DNA from: Carcharhinus amblyrhynchos
Lineage: Eukaryota
Assembly (NCBI GenBank): GCA_965287045.1
Contig: OZ336880.1
Coordinates: 6,572,001 to 6,636,000, forward strand
DNA: 64,000 nucleotides
Direction: 5' to 3'
The notes under the pieces were generated by a model. It saw nothing but the letters and a program-made list of their open reading frames with translations, was not told the origin of the DNA and did not search any database. Each line of letters opens with the position of its first letter. Positions within the stretch are counted from its first letter, which is position 1. Positions 38,520 through 51,659 of the stretch are shown here, in pieces. A program made the translations under genes and the position numbers.

Positions 38520-39735
38520 AACATAGTTTTATGAAATAAAAATCATTTTTGACAAATGAGGATATAATCAGTAAGGTAGTGTAGATAAACAGGAACCAAT
38601 AAATGTAATATACGTAGATTTCCAAAAGTCATTCAATGAAGTGCCAAGGAAAAGGGTTCATAGGGTTGGATGTAATATATTGGCATGGAAAGAGCATTGG
38701 TTAACAGACATGAAGCAGAGAACTAGGAATAAACAGGGCATTTTCACATAAGTAAATTTGCAAACTTAAATCATATTAATGAATTAGACAAAACAGAGGG
38801 TAACATATTGAAGTTTGCTAATGATACAAAGCTCAATGGGAAACTAAGCTGTGAGGTTGACAGAAAGAGATCTAACCAGGTTAACTGAGTGGACAACAAA
38901 GATGGCAGAAGAAGAAGAATATGAGGACCTTTGAGAGCAAGAAAAGCAGAATATTTTTAAAAGATATGAAACATCTAAATGTTGACGTTCAGAATATCTC
39001 GTACAAGGGCACACAGAGATTTAGCATGCTGGTACAGCAAGCAATTAGGAAAGCAAATGGCAAGTATATCTATATGCAAGAGGATTTGAGAACAAAAACA
39101 AGGAAGTCTTGCTACAATTGTACAGAACTTTGGTGAAAACACAACTAGAATACGGTTCAGTTGTGGTTCCCATAACTTAAGGGAGGATATATTTGCATTG
39201 TAGGCAGCACAGCCATGGCTCACATGATTGGGGTTAGAGCGTTCAAATGATGCTGAATAATTGGGCCTATACACACTGGAATTTAAAAGATCGAAAGATG
39301 ATCTCACAAAAACGTACAATATTCTGAAAGGGCTTGCACAATAAGAAGTCGCAGGTTAAAATCCAACAGGTTTATTTGGCAGCACAAGCTTTTGGAATCT
39401 CACTCCTTCTTCAGATGAGTGAGGAGTTGTGTTCACAAACAGAGCATACATTGACACATACTGAAAAGGCTTCACACATTAGATGCTGAGAGGTTGTACT
39501 GCCTGGCTTGGGAACTCCAGAACACAGGGCCACAGTCTCAGGATACTGCTAATTCAGCACTGAAAATAATAGGGAAAAATCTTTTCACTCAAGGGGGTTG
39601 CAAATCTTTGGAATTCTCTACTCCAGACAATTGCAGATGCTCTATTGTTGAATATATGATGGACAGATTTCCCAGGGAATCAGGAGTGGGCTGCAAAATA
39701 GATTCAAGGCCGATAATCATCATGGTTGTACTGAA
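38520..39735 (+). mobile_element. Decayed CR1 ORF2/3' UTR with a Penelope pLTR insertion at about 39335-39460, followed by an antisense CR1 piece at about 39740-39885
   Basis: gatttccaaaagtcattcaat, aagtttgctaatgatacaaag RT motifs; ORF 39589..39852 RTLEGVQKRLTRLFPGMKGLPYEDRL. Confidence 0.75.
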
Positions 39736-40182
39736 CCAGATTAACCTGTCCTCATAAGGCAACCCCTTCATACCAGGAAACAACCTAGTCAACCTTTTCT
39801 GAACTCCTTCCAAAGTTCGCATATCCCTCCTAAAGTAGATCCAAAACTCCATACATTAATCTAAGTGTGGTCTCATCAATGTTTGCAAATAGTTTTTGAA
39901 CCTTCATATTCTTTTTTTATTACATGAAACATTTTATAACATGAAAACCACGCTGCACATTGTACTCCTAATGTCTGACCAAAGTTCTAGCCGAGTTTGC
40001 TTCTAGCAGTGGACCGCAATCCTTCATTTGCTTTTATTAAAAAAAGGATATCTTGTTGCATTTCCTGGAAAAGTTCCCGATATCTAAACTATGTAAATAA
40101 GGCATGCTTGGAGATAGAAAAATGTAGAAACACAGGATATTCAGAGAATTAATCACTGCAACAAATTCAGCCATTTGCTCAC

Positions 40183-40347
40183 TTGTTCGGAATATTCTAG
40201 TTGGGCTTCTAGATCACGCGCTCGTTGTTCAAGTGTCTCCACGTGTTCACTCTGGTCTTTCAGGTTCTGCTGGAACAGAGAGATTTGTTGCTGGGCCTGA
40301 AGGAGTTCCATAAATCCAGGACTTTTGTTTTTCAGAATGTCACTTGC
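40183..40347 (-). CDS. PCNT: PCNT exon (165 bp, 0-0): ASDILKNKSPGFMELLQAQQQI...EYSEQ
   Basis: Acceptor gacttacag, donor CAA|gtgagc; absent from ORF track; resembles AKAP9 ASETLRN...DLLQAKQQI. Confidence 0.88.
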
Positions 40348-40784
40348 CTGTAAGTCAATATTACATTTGAAAATTAATCATGAAAACATTTCTTCAACAG
40401 AAATTACTAAAGGCAGACTTATCAATTAATTCATTTCCATAATTGTATAACAGCCAGGTGGTAAAGTTAATCAAGCTTTACAATGCGCTCACAAAAGCCT
40501 CATTCATCTAAATGTTTTCTGCTCCTGCAAATAGAGAAGGGGGACCAATCCAAAAGTCTGAAACATTAGATTTTTGGTATGCTAATGCCATTAGTTCGAT
40601 TGGTAACACCAAAATACACCAAGTCCAGTGACAGAAACCACAGGAGTTTTTAAATTGGATCTTCCAAATTGCTTTCAATTTCTAGAGCTCTATTTACTAA
40701 ATTCAGTATACTGTAACCAGACACAAGATGGAGCAGTTATTTTGAACACACTTTTACCTGTAACCAGTTCATACCATGTTATTT

Positions 40785-40960
40785 TTCTTGGGACATAGAC
40801 GTCACTGGCTGGCCTGTATTTATTGCCAATCCCTAGTTGCACTTGGAGGGCAGTTGACAGTCAACCACATTGCTGTGACTCTGCAGTCACAATAGGCCTG
40901 ACCAGGTAAGGATGGCAATTTTCCTTCCTTGAGGGACATTAGTGAACCAGTTAGGTTTTG
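40785..40960 (-). mobile_element. tRNA-SINE (1145 family) 3' half
   Basis: tttattgccaatccctagttgc...gggacattagtgaaccag. Confidence 0.7.
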
Positions 40961-41619
40961 ATGTGTTGATCTTGGGCTGTCCCAATACATTATGATGTGT
41001 TGGTCCCAAGCCATAAATAGACCAAATCAGTGTCTAGTTATTCCTCAAACTCTTTTATAAAAGAGAGTGATTGTAATTATCTGAGATTCCCCTACATAAA
41101 AATCCATCAGTCTCAGCCTTGAAAATCTCAAATGACCGAGAGTTGTAGATCCCATTGTTCTGATTTTCATTTCTAACTAGCCTACCTTTAACTTTGTGTT
41201 TGTGCTCCCTTATTTGCCCACCAGAAAAGACAGGTTCACCGCATCTGTCCCATCAATTCCTTTTATGGTGTTAAAATCTCAATAAGATCACAATTTGCCT
41301 TTCAAAGCTCAAGGGATACAAGTTTATGTAACCTGCTCTGAGAATATTAACACTAGTCTCATTTTGGTGCTTGTGCATTATACTCCTCCAAAAGTAAATA
41401 TTTTTCCTGAGTGGTGGTGTGCTCAAAATGGAATACATTACTCCAGGTGGGATATGACCAAGGCTCTGTACAACTCAGCTGTAATTTCTTCATTTTTGTA
41501 TTCTAACCCTCTTGGAGATAAAGTTCCACTTTCTATTAGCCTTTGTCAGCCACTTTTTGTTCACCAGCTTTCAGTAATGTGCTTTTGCACAGCTTCCAAT
41601 ATTTAAAAAAACAGCACTA

Positions 41620-44200
41620 TGAGGGAAGATTTGGCCAAGTTGGATTGGGAAACATTAAAACAAGATATGGAAGTATAGACATTTAAAACACCAAGATTAG
41701 TGAAAGTAAAAAAGTGGTCCATTAGAGACAAGAGACGGGCAAAATTATTTTAGACAAGATGGAAATGACACACAAATATTTCATTAGTCTTTTACCAAGA
41801 CGACAGATATAATGGGGAACTGAGGCTCCAGTGAAAATGACAAACTTAAAATAAACCAGTATAAGCAATGTAATAGCACCACAAAATAAATGGAACTAAG
41901 TTGCCAACTTCATGATCTGCATCCTAATATTTTAAGAGAGCAACAATTGCAGAGATAGTGGATTATCTTTCTGAATTCCTTAGATTCTACAACATTGCCG
42001 AGGATTAGAGGGTAGCAAAAGTAGCAAACATTTCCTCCTTTCTGAAATAGTGAGGTTAAGAGAAAATGGGAAGCAATAGGCCAGTTAGCTTATCAGTAGA
42101 AAGCAAATTGCTAGAACCTGTTGTGACGTTAGTGTTCCATTTAAGTCATGATCTCTGCAGCTCACAGCCTTAAGTGATGTCATTGATGGGAGGAGAAAGA
42201 GAAAAAAAACTGCTGATCACATGACAAGGACTGTTTTTAGTTTCATTTTGGCTGAAAGAAACATAGGTAAAAGAAGTCTCTCTCTCTCTTTTTATTTTGA
42301 AAGTTTTACCAGTTAGCTGGAAGTACATCTTGTTTGCTACCTTGCAGTAAAGAATCTATGTTTTGAGGACTATAAGCTGCTTTGAGTTTAAGATAAGTTA
42401 AAATCAGCATTCAATTGGAATTGCATTCCAATAAAGTCAGCATTAGCCTGTACAGTGATAAACCTGTTTAAAAGGGTGTTGTTTACTGGATTTAGGCTTT
42501 AATTGGAACACCTTAAAGATATTCTTTAAGAGTTACACATTATAGTGGTTGTTTTGTTTCTTGTTTGTAATTGATAAAAGTTCTTGTTAATTTTACTATA
42601 CATGTTAATTAATATTTTAAAATAAACTTTGTTGAATAAAAGCTCCCCAATTGGATCATTTCAATGCACCTGAAAGGAAAGATCTCATGCTTATCCTAGC
42701 CAAATTCTAGCAAAACTTATGGTTCAGGCAGGCTTCATAAAACAGTTGGAAGTTTCTAGCCTGAGCCATAATGCCATTATGAGAGCATTTAGAAAATCAT
42801 AACATGATTAATCAGAGTCAGCAGTGAATTCTGAGAGGGAATATAGGTTTCACAAATGTTAGAGTTTTGAAATTCTAAGCAACTGGGTAAGATAAGGGGG
42901 AGCCAATGGATATCATGCACTTGAATTATCAAAAATATTTAAATGTGTCACACAAGACGTTATTGTACACATTAAGGTTCGTGGGATAAAGGTAAATATA
43001 CACGGATTGAGGATTGGTTAATGTGCCAGTTGTAATAGTACATGGAGCTCTGTCACCTTGCTTAATGCAAAGTGGTGCCCCTGAAGCGATATAGCCATCT
43101 CTCTCTCTTTTGGCCTCCAACAGAGAAGATACCAACCCATGATCCCTCATGGAAGACGACTAGTTACTGAATGAACAAAAAAACTATAAAGGCCATTCAG
43201 CCAATCGAGTAGGTACCAACTCTCCAAAAGAACATCCCACCCAGGCCCTCCCTCTCCACTCTATCCCCATAAACCCACGTATTTACCATGCTAATCCACC
43301 TAACCGGTACATGAACAAACAGGACATTTTTGTATTGGTGGGCGTTAACTAGCAAGGTATCACAACGGTCAGTACTGATGCAGTGAACTCTTTACCATCT
43401 ATATTAACAACTTACATAAGGGGGCAAAGTGCAACATATCTAAATCTGCTGGCAGCACGAAGTGGGAAAACACGCAGTAAGGAGTTGCAAACAGGCTGCA
43501 GAGAATACAGATCCGATTGGGTGAATGGGCAAGAACATTGCAAATGGAATACAATACGGTTAAGTGTGAAGTCATCTATTTTGGTAGACAAAAACAAAAG
43601 CAGAATATTTTTAAATGTTGAAAGATTGGAAATTAATGCATTAAGAGGAACCTGGGTATCTTTGTACAACAGTCACAGGAAACAACATGCAGGCACAGCA
43701 AGCAATTAGGAGAGCAAATAATCTCTAATTGTTACAGAAGAATTAGAGTATAATCTTACTATAGGGTGTACAGATCATCAGCTAAGTTATGCTGAAGTAC
43801 TGTATCATTTTGATTTTACCCAAGACATTAAACACCGAGTCAGATTTGAACATTGTACTCCCTCTGAGTAAAATTCATTAGGCTGGTTCCTGGATGAGAT
43901 AATCGTTCTACAAAGGAGAGATGGAGCAGGCCATGTCTAAATTTCTGGGAAATTAGAAGAATCAAAGAGGATCTAATTCAAACTTACAAAATTCTGAAGG
44001 TGTTTGACAGCATGGATGCAGAGGAAATGTTTTCCCTGACCACAGTATTCAAACAATGTCAGAATAAGTGATCTGTCATTTAGGTCTCATAGGAGGGAGA
44101 CATCTGAAGGAGTAGTTAATCCTTTTAATTCTCTAACCCAAAGAGCTGTGGATACTCAAGTGTCAAAAGATTAAATGGCTGACATCAACTCTTATTATGT
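41620..44200 (+). mobile_element. Long decayed CR1 with nested insertions
   Basis: RT remnants (ORF 43383..43709); aaaacttacaaaattctgaagg-type C-terminal motif near 43980. Confidence 0.7.
42119..42772 (+). mobile_element. Probable solo LTR (Gypsy-type) inserted in CR1
   Basis: Starts TGTTGTG and ends ...ccataat, an imperfect tgttatg/cataaca terminal pair; AATAAA at 42621 and 42635; interrupts otherwise contiguous CR1 sequence. Confidence 0.6.
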
Positions 44201-44399
44201 TGTTATCAAATAAAACATTCCAATTTGTTGCTGTTTCCAATTTCTCAATACGGTCTGTGTCATCACCCAAAAACACATGTGTTTTACATATATACTAATG
44301 CCATCTAGATGTACCATCTCTTTCTATGGTCAAAAATTTCCTTTAATTAAGAAAACCAAACTTTTGCCCTCCCAGGTCTATGAAGTTGAAACAAATTGC

Positions 44400-45130
44400 T
44401 CACAACTTTGGCATCTTAGTTGACCCCAAGCTTTACCTCCAATAGCATTCCCTCCCCATCAACAAGACTGCCTACTGCAACTCCTGAAATAACTACCCAT
44501 CTCCACCCTGCCTCAGCCCTCATCCATGCATGTTATTTTCAAACTATTCCAGTGCTCTCCCGGCCAGTCTCCACCTTCTACATTGCATAAATTTCAGCTC
44601 ACACAAAGCTCCACTGCACCAAGTTCTGTTCATACATCACCCGTATTTACTGGGGTCTTGAGTTTCTGAGCCAGCAATGTAAAATTATCATCCAGGTGAT
44701 CAAATTTGTTCATCGTTTATGTACTTTCCTCCATCTCTACAAACTTTTGAGAATTCTTCCATTCTTCAATTCGGGCCTCTTTAGATCTATGATCAACAAT
44801 CAGCATTTCATGCAGTAAAGCATCCCAAGATGCTTCATAGGAGTGATTATCAGACAGCATTTGGCACCAATCTGCTAGGACAGCACATCAGAAACTTAGC
44901 TAAATAGGTAGGTTTCCTTTACCCCTTCACTGCCTGTTGTTATGAACTGGTTGGACTTTAACCTGGTGTTGTGAGACATCTTGCTGTGTTTCCTTAGCTA
45001 TCAGGACCTGAAATTTTGGAATTTCCTTCCTAAATCTGTATGCTGCTTAAAACATCATTTAAAACCTAACAATAGCCTTTGAGCACCACCTCAGGAAACT
45101 TTTACTACGCACAGAAATATCTTGCTGATG
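44400..45130 (+). mobile_element. Decayed L2-type fragments
   Basis: ctattccagtgctctcccggccagtctcc...aagttctgttcatacatcaccc is the complement of the 27385 family. Confidence 0.55.
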
Positions 45131-45650
45131 GCAATGCAAATCAATATTACACCAAATAATCCACATGCAATCATCAATGCAGCATCAAAACTTAAAAATA
45201 AATCCTTTTAGATTGTTACATTGATATAAGTACCATGCAGGTTTCCTATGAGACAGATGTTAGTTTGATTGCTTCATAAGAGAAATATATATCATGACAT
45301 GAACATGTAAACAATGACGAACTACGTTAAAATTTAGTACACAAAATCGATCCTAAATCTCAAGAATCACTGATGTGAACAAGCAAAATATTCACAACGA
45401 AGTAGAACTGTTCTTCTAAAGTTTCAACAGAACAAAATGAATTTTACAATACATTCAAATAATGAAGGATCAAATAGAGAAACGTTTGATGCTAATCTTG
45501 GACATCCAAAGCAGAACACTGTCCTGCTCCTTAGTAAATGATAACAGTAAAAAGTTCTGCATTAGTAGCAAAGACAAGCAGCAGTCAACTTCATATATTA
45601 ATTGCAAGTAAAAAGTGTTGGAATTAAGTGGAATATCTCTTAAGTAATAC

Positions 45651-45800
45651 CTGTTGCAACTGATGCTGTAAAGACTGAATCTGATCAGTTAACTCCAAAG
45701 CCTCCTGTTGGACCTCATCTCTGTTCCGAATAACCTGCTGCAGGTTATCAGTCAGCTGGCTAATAATATCATTCCTCTTCTGTATGGCCATCTCTAACTC
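45651..45800 (-). CDS. PCNT: PCNT exon (150 bp, 0-0): ELEMAIQKRNDIISQLTDNLQQ...HQLQQ
   Basis: Acceptor gtctcatcag, donor CAG|gtatta; resembles AKAP9 EFEAAIKQRDGIITQLTANLQQ. Confidence 0.9.
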
Positions 45801-46159
45801 CTGATGAGACCAGAGCAAAGTGAAAATGCTTACTTCAAGTTTATTAGAAATATGTCAATTTTACTCAGTTAAATTTTTTAATTTGAGGATGTCAAATAAT
45901 GACTGCCACAGAATGTTTTAATCCTTGCACAAGAGCCCCCACCACCCTCATCTCTATAACCCCTCCAGCTCTCTAACTTTCCAAGAACCTAGCATCCCAT
46001 CAGCACTGCCCTCCTGTAACTTCTCAAGCCTCATCACTGAAAAGATATATCTTCAGCTTTCTAGGTATAAAAGCTCTGGAATTCCCTGACCTGGTATTTC
46101 TCTCCACCTTTAAAACTCTCAACACTAAGTTTATTGTCACCCTTCAAGCAACTAGTATT

Positions 46160-46465
46160 CATACTGTGCTTTCAACATCATAAAATGTCCTAAGGAATTT
46201 CACAAGAGCATTATAAAGCATAATCAGACACAGAATCACAGAAGTATTAGGGTAGATGGCCAAACTTTGGTCAAAAATGTCGATTTTAAGGACCAACTTA
46301 AAAGAGAGGTAGAGGCAGAGAGGTACTGGACTAGAAGCTCCAGGTTCAAGCTCAACGTCAGGACTCGTTGGCTCAATGGGCTGATAATCAGTTCAGAAAT
46401 CCTCCACCAATTCCCCCACTATTTCCTAAAGGTTAAAAACCAGCATGGGTACGAAGATATACAAG

Positions 46466-46498
<33 letters not shown>

Positions 46499-47290
46499 TT
46501 GAGCTGAAGGCATAACCACCAATGATGGAATGATTGAAATTGAAGATGAATATCAGGCTAGAATTATATGAATGCAGATATCTGAGAACTGGGAGCTGGA
46601 GAAGATTGGGGGAAAATCAGGAGGGGCAAGGCAGTGGAGGGATTCAAAAAAGGATGAGAAATTAAATAAAATCAAGGTGTTGCCTAACCGGGAGCCAGTG
46701 TAGATCAGTCAGGTGTGATAGAGAACAGAAACTGGTGCAAGGTAAGGACCAGGTAGCAAAGTTTTTCGGAGACCAGTTAGCAGTGCATTAAATAGTCAAA
46801 ATTGGAGGTAATAAGAGCAAGAATACATATTCAACAACAGATGAGCCAGGACCGGACAAAGCCTGGTTATGTTACAAAGATAAAAGTAGGCATATATGCA
46901 CTCACAAGCTCAGCGTCAAATAAGACACAATGCAGCAAATACACAAGTTTAACCTCAGGCTGTTACCTGGGAAAGGGATGGAGTTATGTTTAAGGAGTAG
47001 GGATCAAAAACAATGGCTTCATTATTGCCAATACTAAATTGGAAGAAATTTTTGATCACCTGGTTCTGAATATTAATCAAGCAATCCGATAATTTAGCAA
47101 TGCTGGAAAAATTGCAAGGGACAATGCAGAGGAAGAGCGAAATGCCATAAACATACATGCAAAAGCTAAGAGTGCTTTCACATGATGTCACTAAGACAGC
47201 ATGTAGATGAGAATGAGGTTCCATGGACAGATCCATAGGGAATACCAGAGGCAATGGTGTGGCAGCAGGAAGAGAAGCAATTGAAATGAT
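46160..47290 (-). mobile_element. L2-type LINE fragment
   Basis: ccaaactttggtcaaaaatgtcgattttaagg; gggagccagtgtagatcag. Confidence 0.65.
46472..46498 (+). repeat. (AG)n microsatellite
   Basis: Read directly. Confidence 0.9.
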
Positions 47291-47819
47291 AGGCAGGCTA
47301 CAATTAGATGTCCTAGGCTCAACCATCTTCACCTGTTTGACCGATGACCTTCCCTCCATCATAAAATCATATTAGCACAGTACAGTACTCATACCTAGCT
47401 AACTGAAAACTGAATATTTTCATAAACTGCCATGCACCAATTTAAATTGTTAAATGATTAAGGTAATTTATTGGGACAATTTCCCTTGGTGCTGAACACC
47501 AAACCTTTTATCACTGCACAGGTTGATCTTTTCCCATGTGAGCTACCCTTGACACCATCCATCCCAGCTTAGCCCATCTACCTGGTTCAATCCTACCTGA
47601 ACTGTCTGACCCACTAGAACTACTAATCAGCCACAGACTCTAACAAAGTGGATAAGCCTCAACAGTGCTACACTGCAGAGGCAATATTCAAACATTTTCA
47701 CTTGATTTCATGCATCACTTAATAATTGAATTAAGGTTCCATTCTTTTGCCAGAAATGAGCAAGATCTGAAATTTGGCACAGGTTCATGCCCAAGATTAC
47801 CATTTGAGACACTGTACCT

Positions 47820-48680
47820 ATGTTCTATACCATTCACAACTCCTCACATACTGAAGCAGTCCATGTCTGTAAGCAGCAAGACTTGGACAACATTCAAGTT
47901 TGGGCTGCTAAATGACGAATAACATTCAAGTCACACATATTTCAGGCAATGACTATCTTCAACAATAGAGAACATAACCACCCTTGGCATTCACAATATT
48001 ACCCTTGCTGATTCCCAACATCAATAACTTGGAATTTACCTTTGAACAGAAACTGAACTGGATCAATGATACAAATACTGTGGCTTCAAGAGGCACAGCA
48101 GCAAGTAATCTCACCTTCAACTCTCCAAATCCTGTCCATTATCTACAAGGCACAAGTCAGGGGAAGCATGATGGGTCACTTTCCAATTGCCTGGATGATT
48201 TCAGTTTCAACAAACTCAAGAAGGTCAACATAATTCCAGATAAAAGCAGCCTATTAATTAGCACTGCATCTATTAGCTTAAACTTCACTCCTTCACCACC
48301 GAAGCACGATGGCAGCAGTATGTACCATCTACAAGATGCACTGTGGCAATTTACCAAGACTCCTCCAACAGTGCCTTCCAAACCCATCACTTCTTTCACA
48401 TAGAAGGAGAAGGGCAGCAGATGTACAGCAACACCACCACCTGCAAGTTCCCTTCCAAGCCACATACCATGCTGACTTGGAACTATATTTGGCCCGCTGT
48501 TCTTTCACTGTCATTGGACCAAGTTCCATTAACTCTCTTCACTAACAGCAATGTAGGTGTACCTACACCACATGGACTGCAGAGGTTTAAGTCAGTTCAC
48601 TGTCACCTTCTGATGGGAAATTAAGAGTGGGCAACAAATGCTTTGGCAACCATGCTTGCATCCCATGAAAGAACAAAGAG
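47820..48680 (+). mobile_element. 3' part of second LINE family
   Basis: AAVCTIYKMHCGNLPRLLQQCLPNP, nearly the same as ORF 58993..59202; tail gggcaacaaatgc...catcccatgaaagaa. Confidence 0.8.
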
Positions 48681-49285
48681 AATGGACCCCGAGTAACGCA
48701 GTTCCAACCACCTAGGCAATAGTGCAGAGGCGTGAGGGGAAGATAATGAGGTCAACCAAGCCAAAAGTGGCAGACTAATTGAGAAAGACGAGGAGATTGT
48801 TTCTCTCTTTTTGAGAGAGGTAAAACAGAGCATCTTTTCTGATTTCCATGAGCCATTTCAGTATTGTGGCAGGAATGGAAACATGATCGAAGATATCTAA
48901 ATATGGAATTCTGAGAAAGATAAGCACCGAATTGGGAAGCAACATCACATTCAAGTAGAGGAAAAGGAAACAGGTTGATAGGATGGTCAACAGTTGTCTT
49001 ATCTGAAGAAAGGGATGATGATGGCAGATTTAAACAAAGGAGGTACAGCACTTGAATAGTGAATAATATTGGTTAACATGGGGACCAGGAAGGAAAGTGG
49101 GCTGGTCAGCAGTTTAAAGCACAAGGTGGGTCTTTTACACAATGAGGTGAGAGGGCATGACAGGAGATAGGCGATAACCTAGAGTAACTTGTGGGTTCTG
49201 GGCTCCAGCAAGAAGAAACTTCACTCTGGTAGGTTAGTGGAAGGGAGGAAGGCAGCAGAGGGAACTAGTTGATCTTCGTGACATA

Positions 49286-49898
49286 GGGCCCGATTTTACA
49301 ATCGCATTCTGCCCATTTTCGGGTGCAAAAACTTGGTAAAGTTGGGCATGAGGCGAGTAGCGCAATCCGCACCCACCTCTGCACCGGTTCCCCCCTTACC
49401 AAGACCCGAAAAAGGCCATGATCAGGATCACGCCCAGAACAGTATGCAGTTGCAAGTCGCTGAAAAGGAAATACAAGATTCTTCAAAAATAATTTTGACA
49501 CCACAGAGTTAGAGTTTTGGACAGATTTTCAAACTTGAGGATTGGGGGGAAAATCTAACTGAAACTTACAGAATACTGAGAGGTCCAGATAGAGTGGATG
49601 TGGAGAGGATGTTTCCACTAGTGGGAGAGACTAGAACTCGAGGGCACAACCTCAGAATGAAGGGACCCTCCTTTAAAAGGGCATGACGGCCATATTTAAA
49701 TTGCCTTAGTGGGCTGCACTCCCAACTTTACAGGCACCTCCCCCCTTTACCATCATGTACGCTCATCTGGAATCGGTGCGAAACAGACATGCTCTATACA
49801 AGTCCAATTCAGGTGTTCCATCAGTGAGGGTTAGATCTGAAACACTCCCAGTTTCAAGTCCGCCCAGCACTTAGAATCAAAATGATAAAATATGGCCC
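49286..49898. mobile_element. Non-autonomous DNA transposon (PIF/Harbinger-like MITE) carrying a copied 239-bp insert
   Basis: Imperfect TIRs gggcccgattttac / gataaaatatggccc; CpG-rich relative to its flanks. Confidence 0.65.
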
Positions 49899-51244
49899 AC
49901 AGAGTCCAAGAGCCCCTTGCAACTATTGCTGCTTCTCAACATCCTATTCTTTGACTGAGGTCAATTTTTGCTTGGACTCTGCATGTTGAAATTGATCCAA
50001 CACGATTTCAGGCAATTACCAGTAAGCAACCAAAAGTAAAAGGCAAGGATAACCATGTTGGTTACCCAGAATCTTGCCCTCAGAAATTAGTGTACATTAT
50101 GTCTGTTTTATACCAAATAACATGCAAAGCACATACCAATTTCTATCCTGGTGTATCCAAATCAATTTTGCTGGATTAACACACATCATGTACCAAGATA
50201 TTGAATCAGCTCCATCAGGAGCTCAGGTTTGACGCCCTTGATCTACAGGTCAGATACAAGTGGTCATGTAACCTATTGCTGGCTAATGGAATTTAGCCCA
50301 ATGTAATTAGACAGGTTTTGCCTCCTGTTATGATTACAAGTTAGAATAATTACAAATAGGCTAATCCACTCAAGTTCAAATCTATAACAGTTTGAAAGCA
50401 TCAGTGCTTCAACTCAATTTATTGACTCTCAAGCCTTCCTACAAACTCACTTCAGAACCTTTCGATGGAGCGAGGAAGAAAAGTTTGCATATGTTACACG
50501 GGTATATGTGCCCAAACAAAAAAGGTAGACCTCATAGAAGGTACAGAAAAGATTTACTGTAATGGTACAAGGACTCCAGTTATGTGGAGAGACAACAGAA
50601 GGTGGCATTGGTCTCCTGCCAGAGAGAAAGTTAAGAAGATATGTAATAGAGGCGTTTAAAATTTCAAAGTACTGTGATGACAGTAACATGAAACATTTTC
50701 CACTGCTAGGAGAGTCAGTACCAGAGAAAACATAGTACATATATAAACATCAGTGAATTATGAGGATCTGAAATACTTGCTTGAAAGTGTGATAGAAGCA
50801 TGACCAATGGCTATTTTTGAAGTGGAAAGAAAAAGATTTGTGTTACAACACTGGGCAAAGGGTTAATTGGATAGCTCTTTCCAAGAAGCAAGATAGCTAA
50901 ATTGCCATCTTGTGCTCTGTGATTTTGGCCAGGTTATTATTTTGCCATGGATACAAAACAAAAATGTCAAACAATAACTAAAAATTCTGCACATAACTGA
51001 AATCTTGTTTGAAGTCTTGGGTAGAACACTGAAATATACATTTCTTATATATTTCTCTAGGTACAATTTGCTATAAAGCCTTATGAATCGTCAATATTAT
51101 AGAAATTCTAGTATGCAGTTGCAAGTCACTCAAAAGGAAATACAAGATTCTTCAAAAATAATTTTGACACTAGGATTAGAGTTTTGGACAGATTTTCACC
51201 ATTGAGTTGAAAAGGATTGGGGTTTGGGGGGTGGGGGAGGGGGG

Positions 51245-51622
51245 TGGGAATCTAACTGAAACTTACAGAATACAGAGGCCTAGATAGACTGGATGTGGAA
51301 AGGATGTTTCCACTAGTGGGAGAGACTAGAACTCGAGGGCACAACCTCAGAGTGAAGGGACCCTCTTTTAAAAGTGAGACGAGGAGGAATTTCTTCAGCC
51401 AGAGAGTGGTGAATCTGTGGAACTCATTGCCACAGAGGGCTGTGGAGACCAGGTCATTGAGTGTCTTTGAGACAGAGGTATAGGATCTTGATCAATAAGG
51501 GGATCAAGGGTTACAGGAGAAGACAGGAGAATGGGGATGAGTCTCATATCAGCCACGATTGAATTGCAGAGTAGACTCAATGGGCTGACTGGCCTAATTC
51601 TGCTCCTATATCTCATGGTTCT
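51245..51622 (+). mobile_element. 5'-truncated CR1 3' end, relatively young
   Basis: ORF 51295..51483 ERMFPLVGETRTRGHNLRVKG...FFSQRVVNLWNSLP. Confidence 0.9.
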
Positions 51623-51659
51623 AACTCCAAAGGACCATATTTTTGGATTAATATTTTAG

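Noticed and set aside
10470-44990. CRISPR-like recurring motif ctttaacctggtgttgtgagacttcttact
   Set aside because: Copies are kilobases apart, in both orientations and without regular spacers; they are Penelope pLTR remnants in a vertebrate intron.
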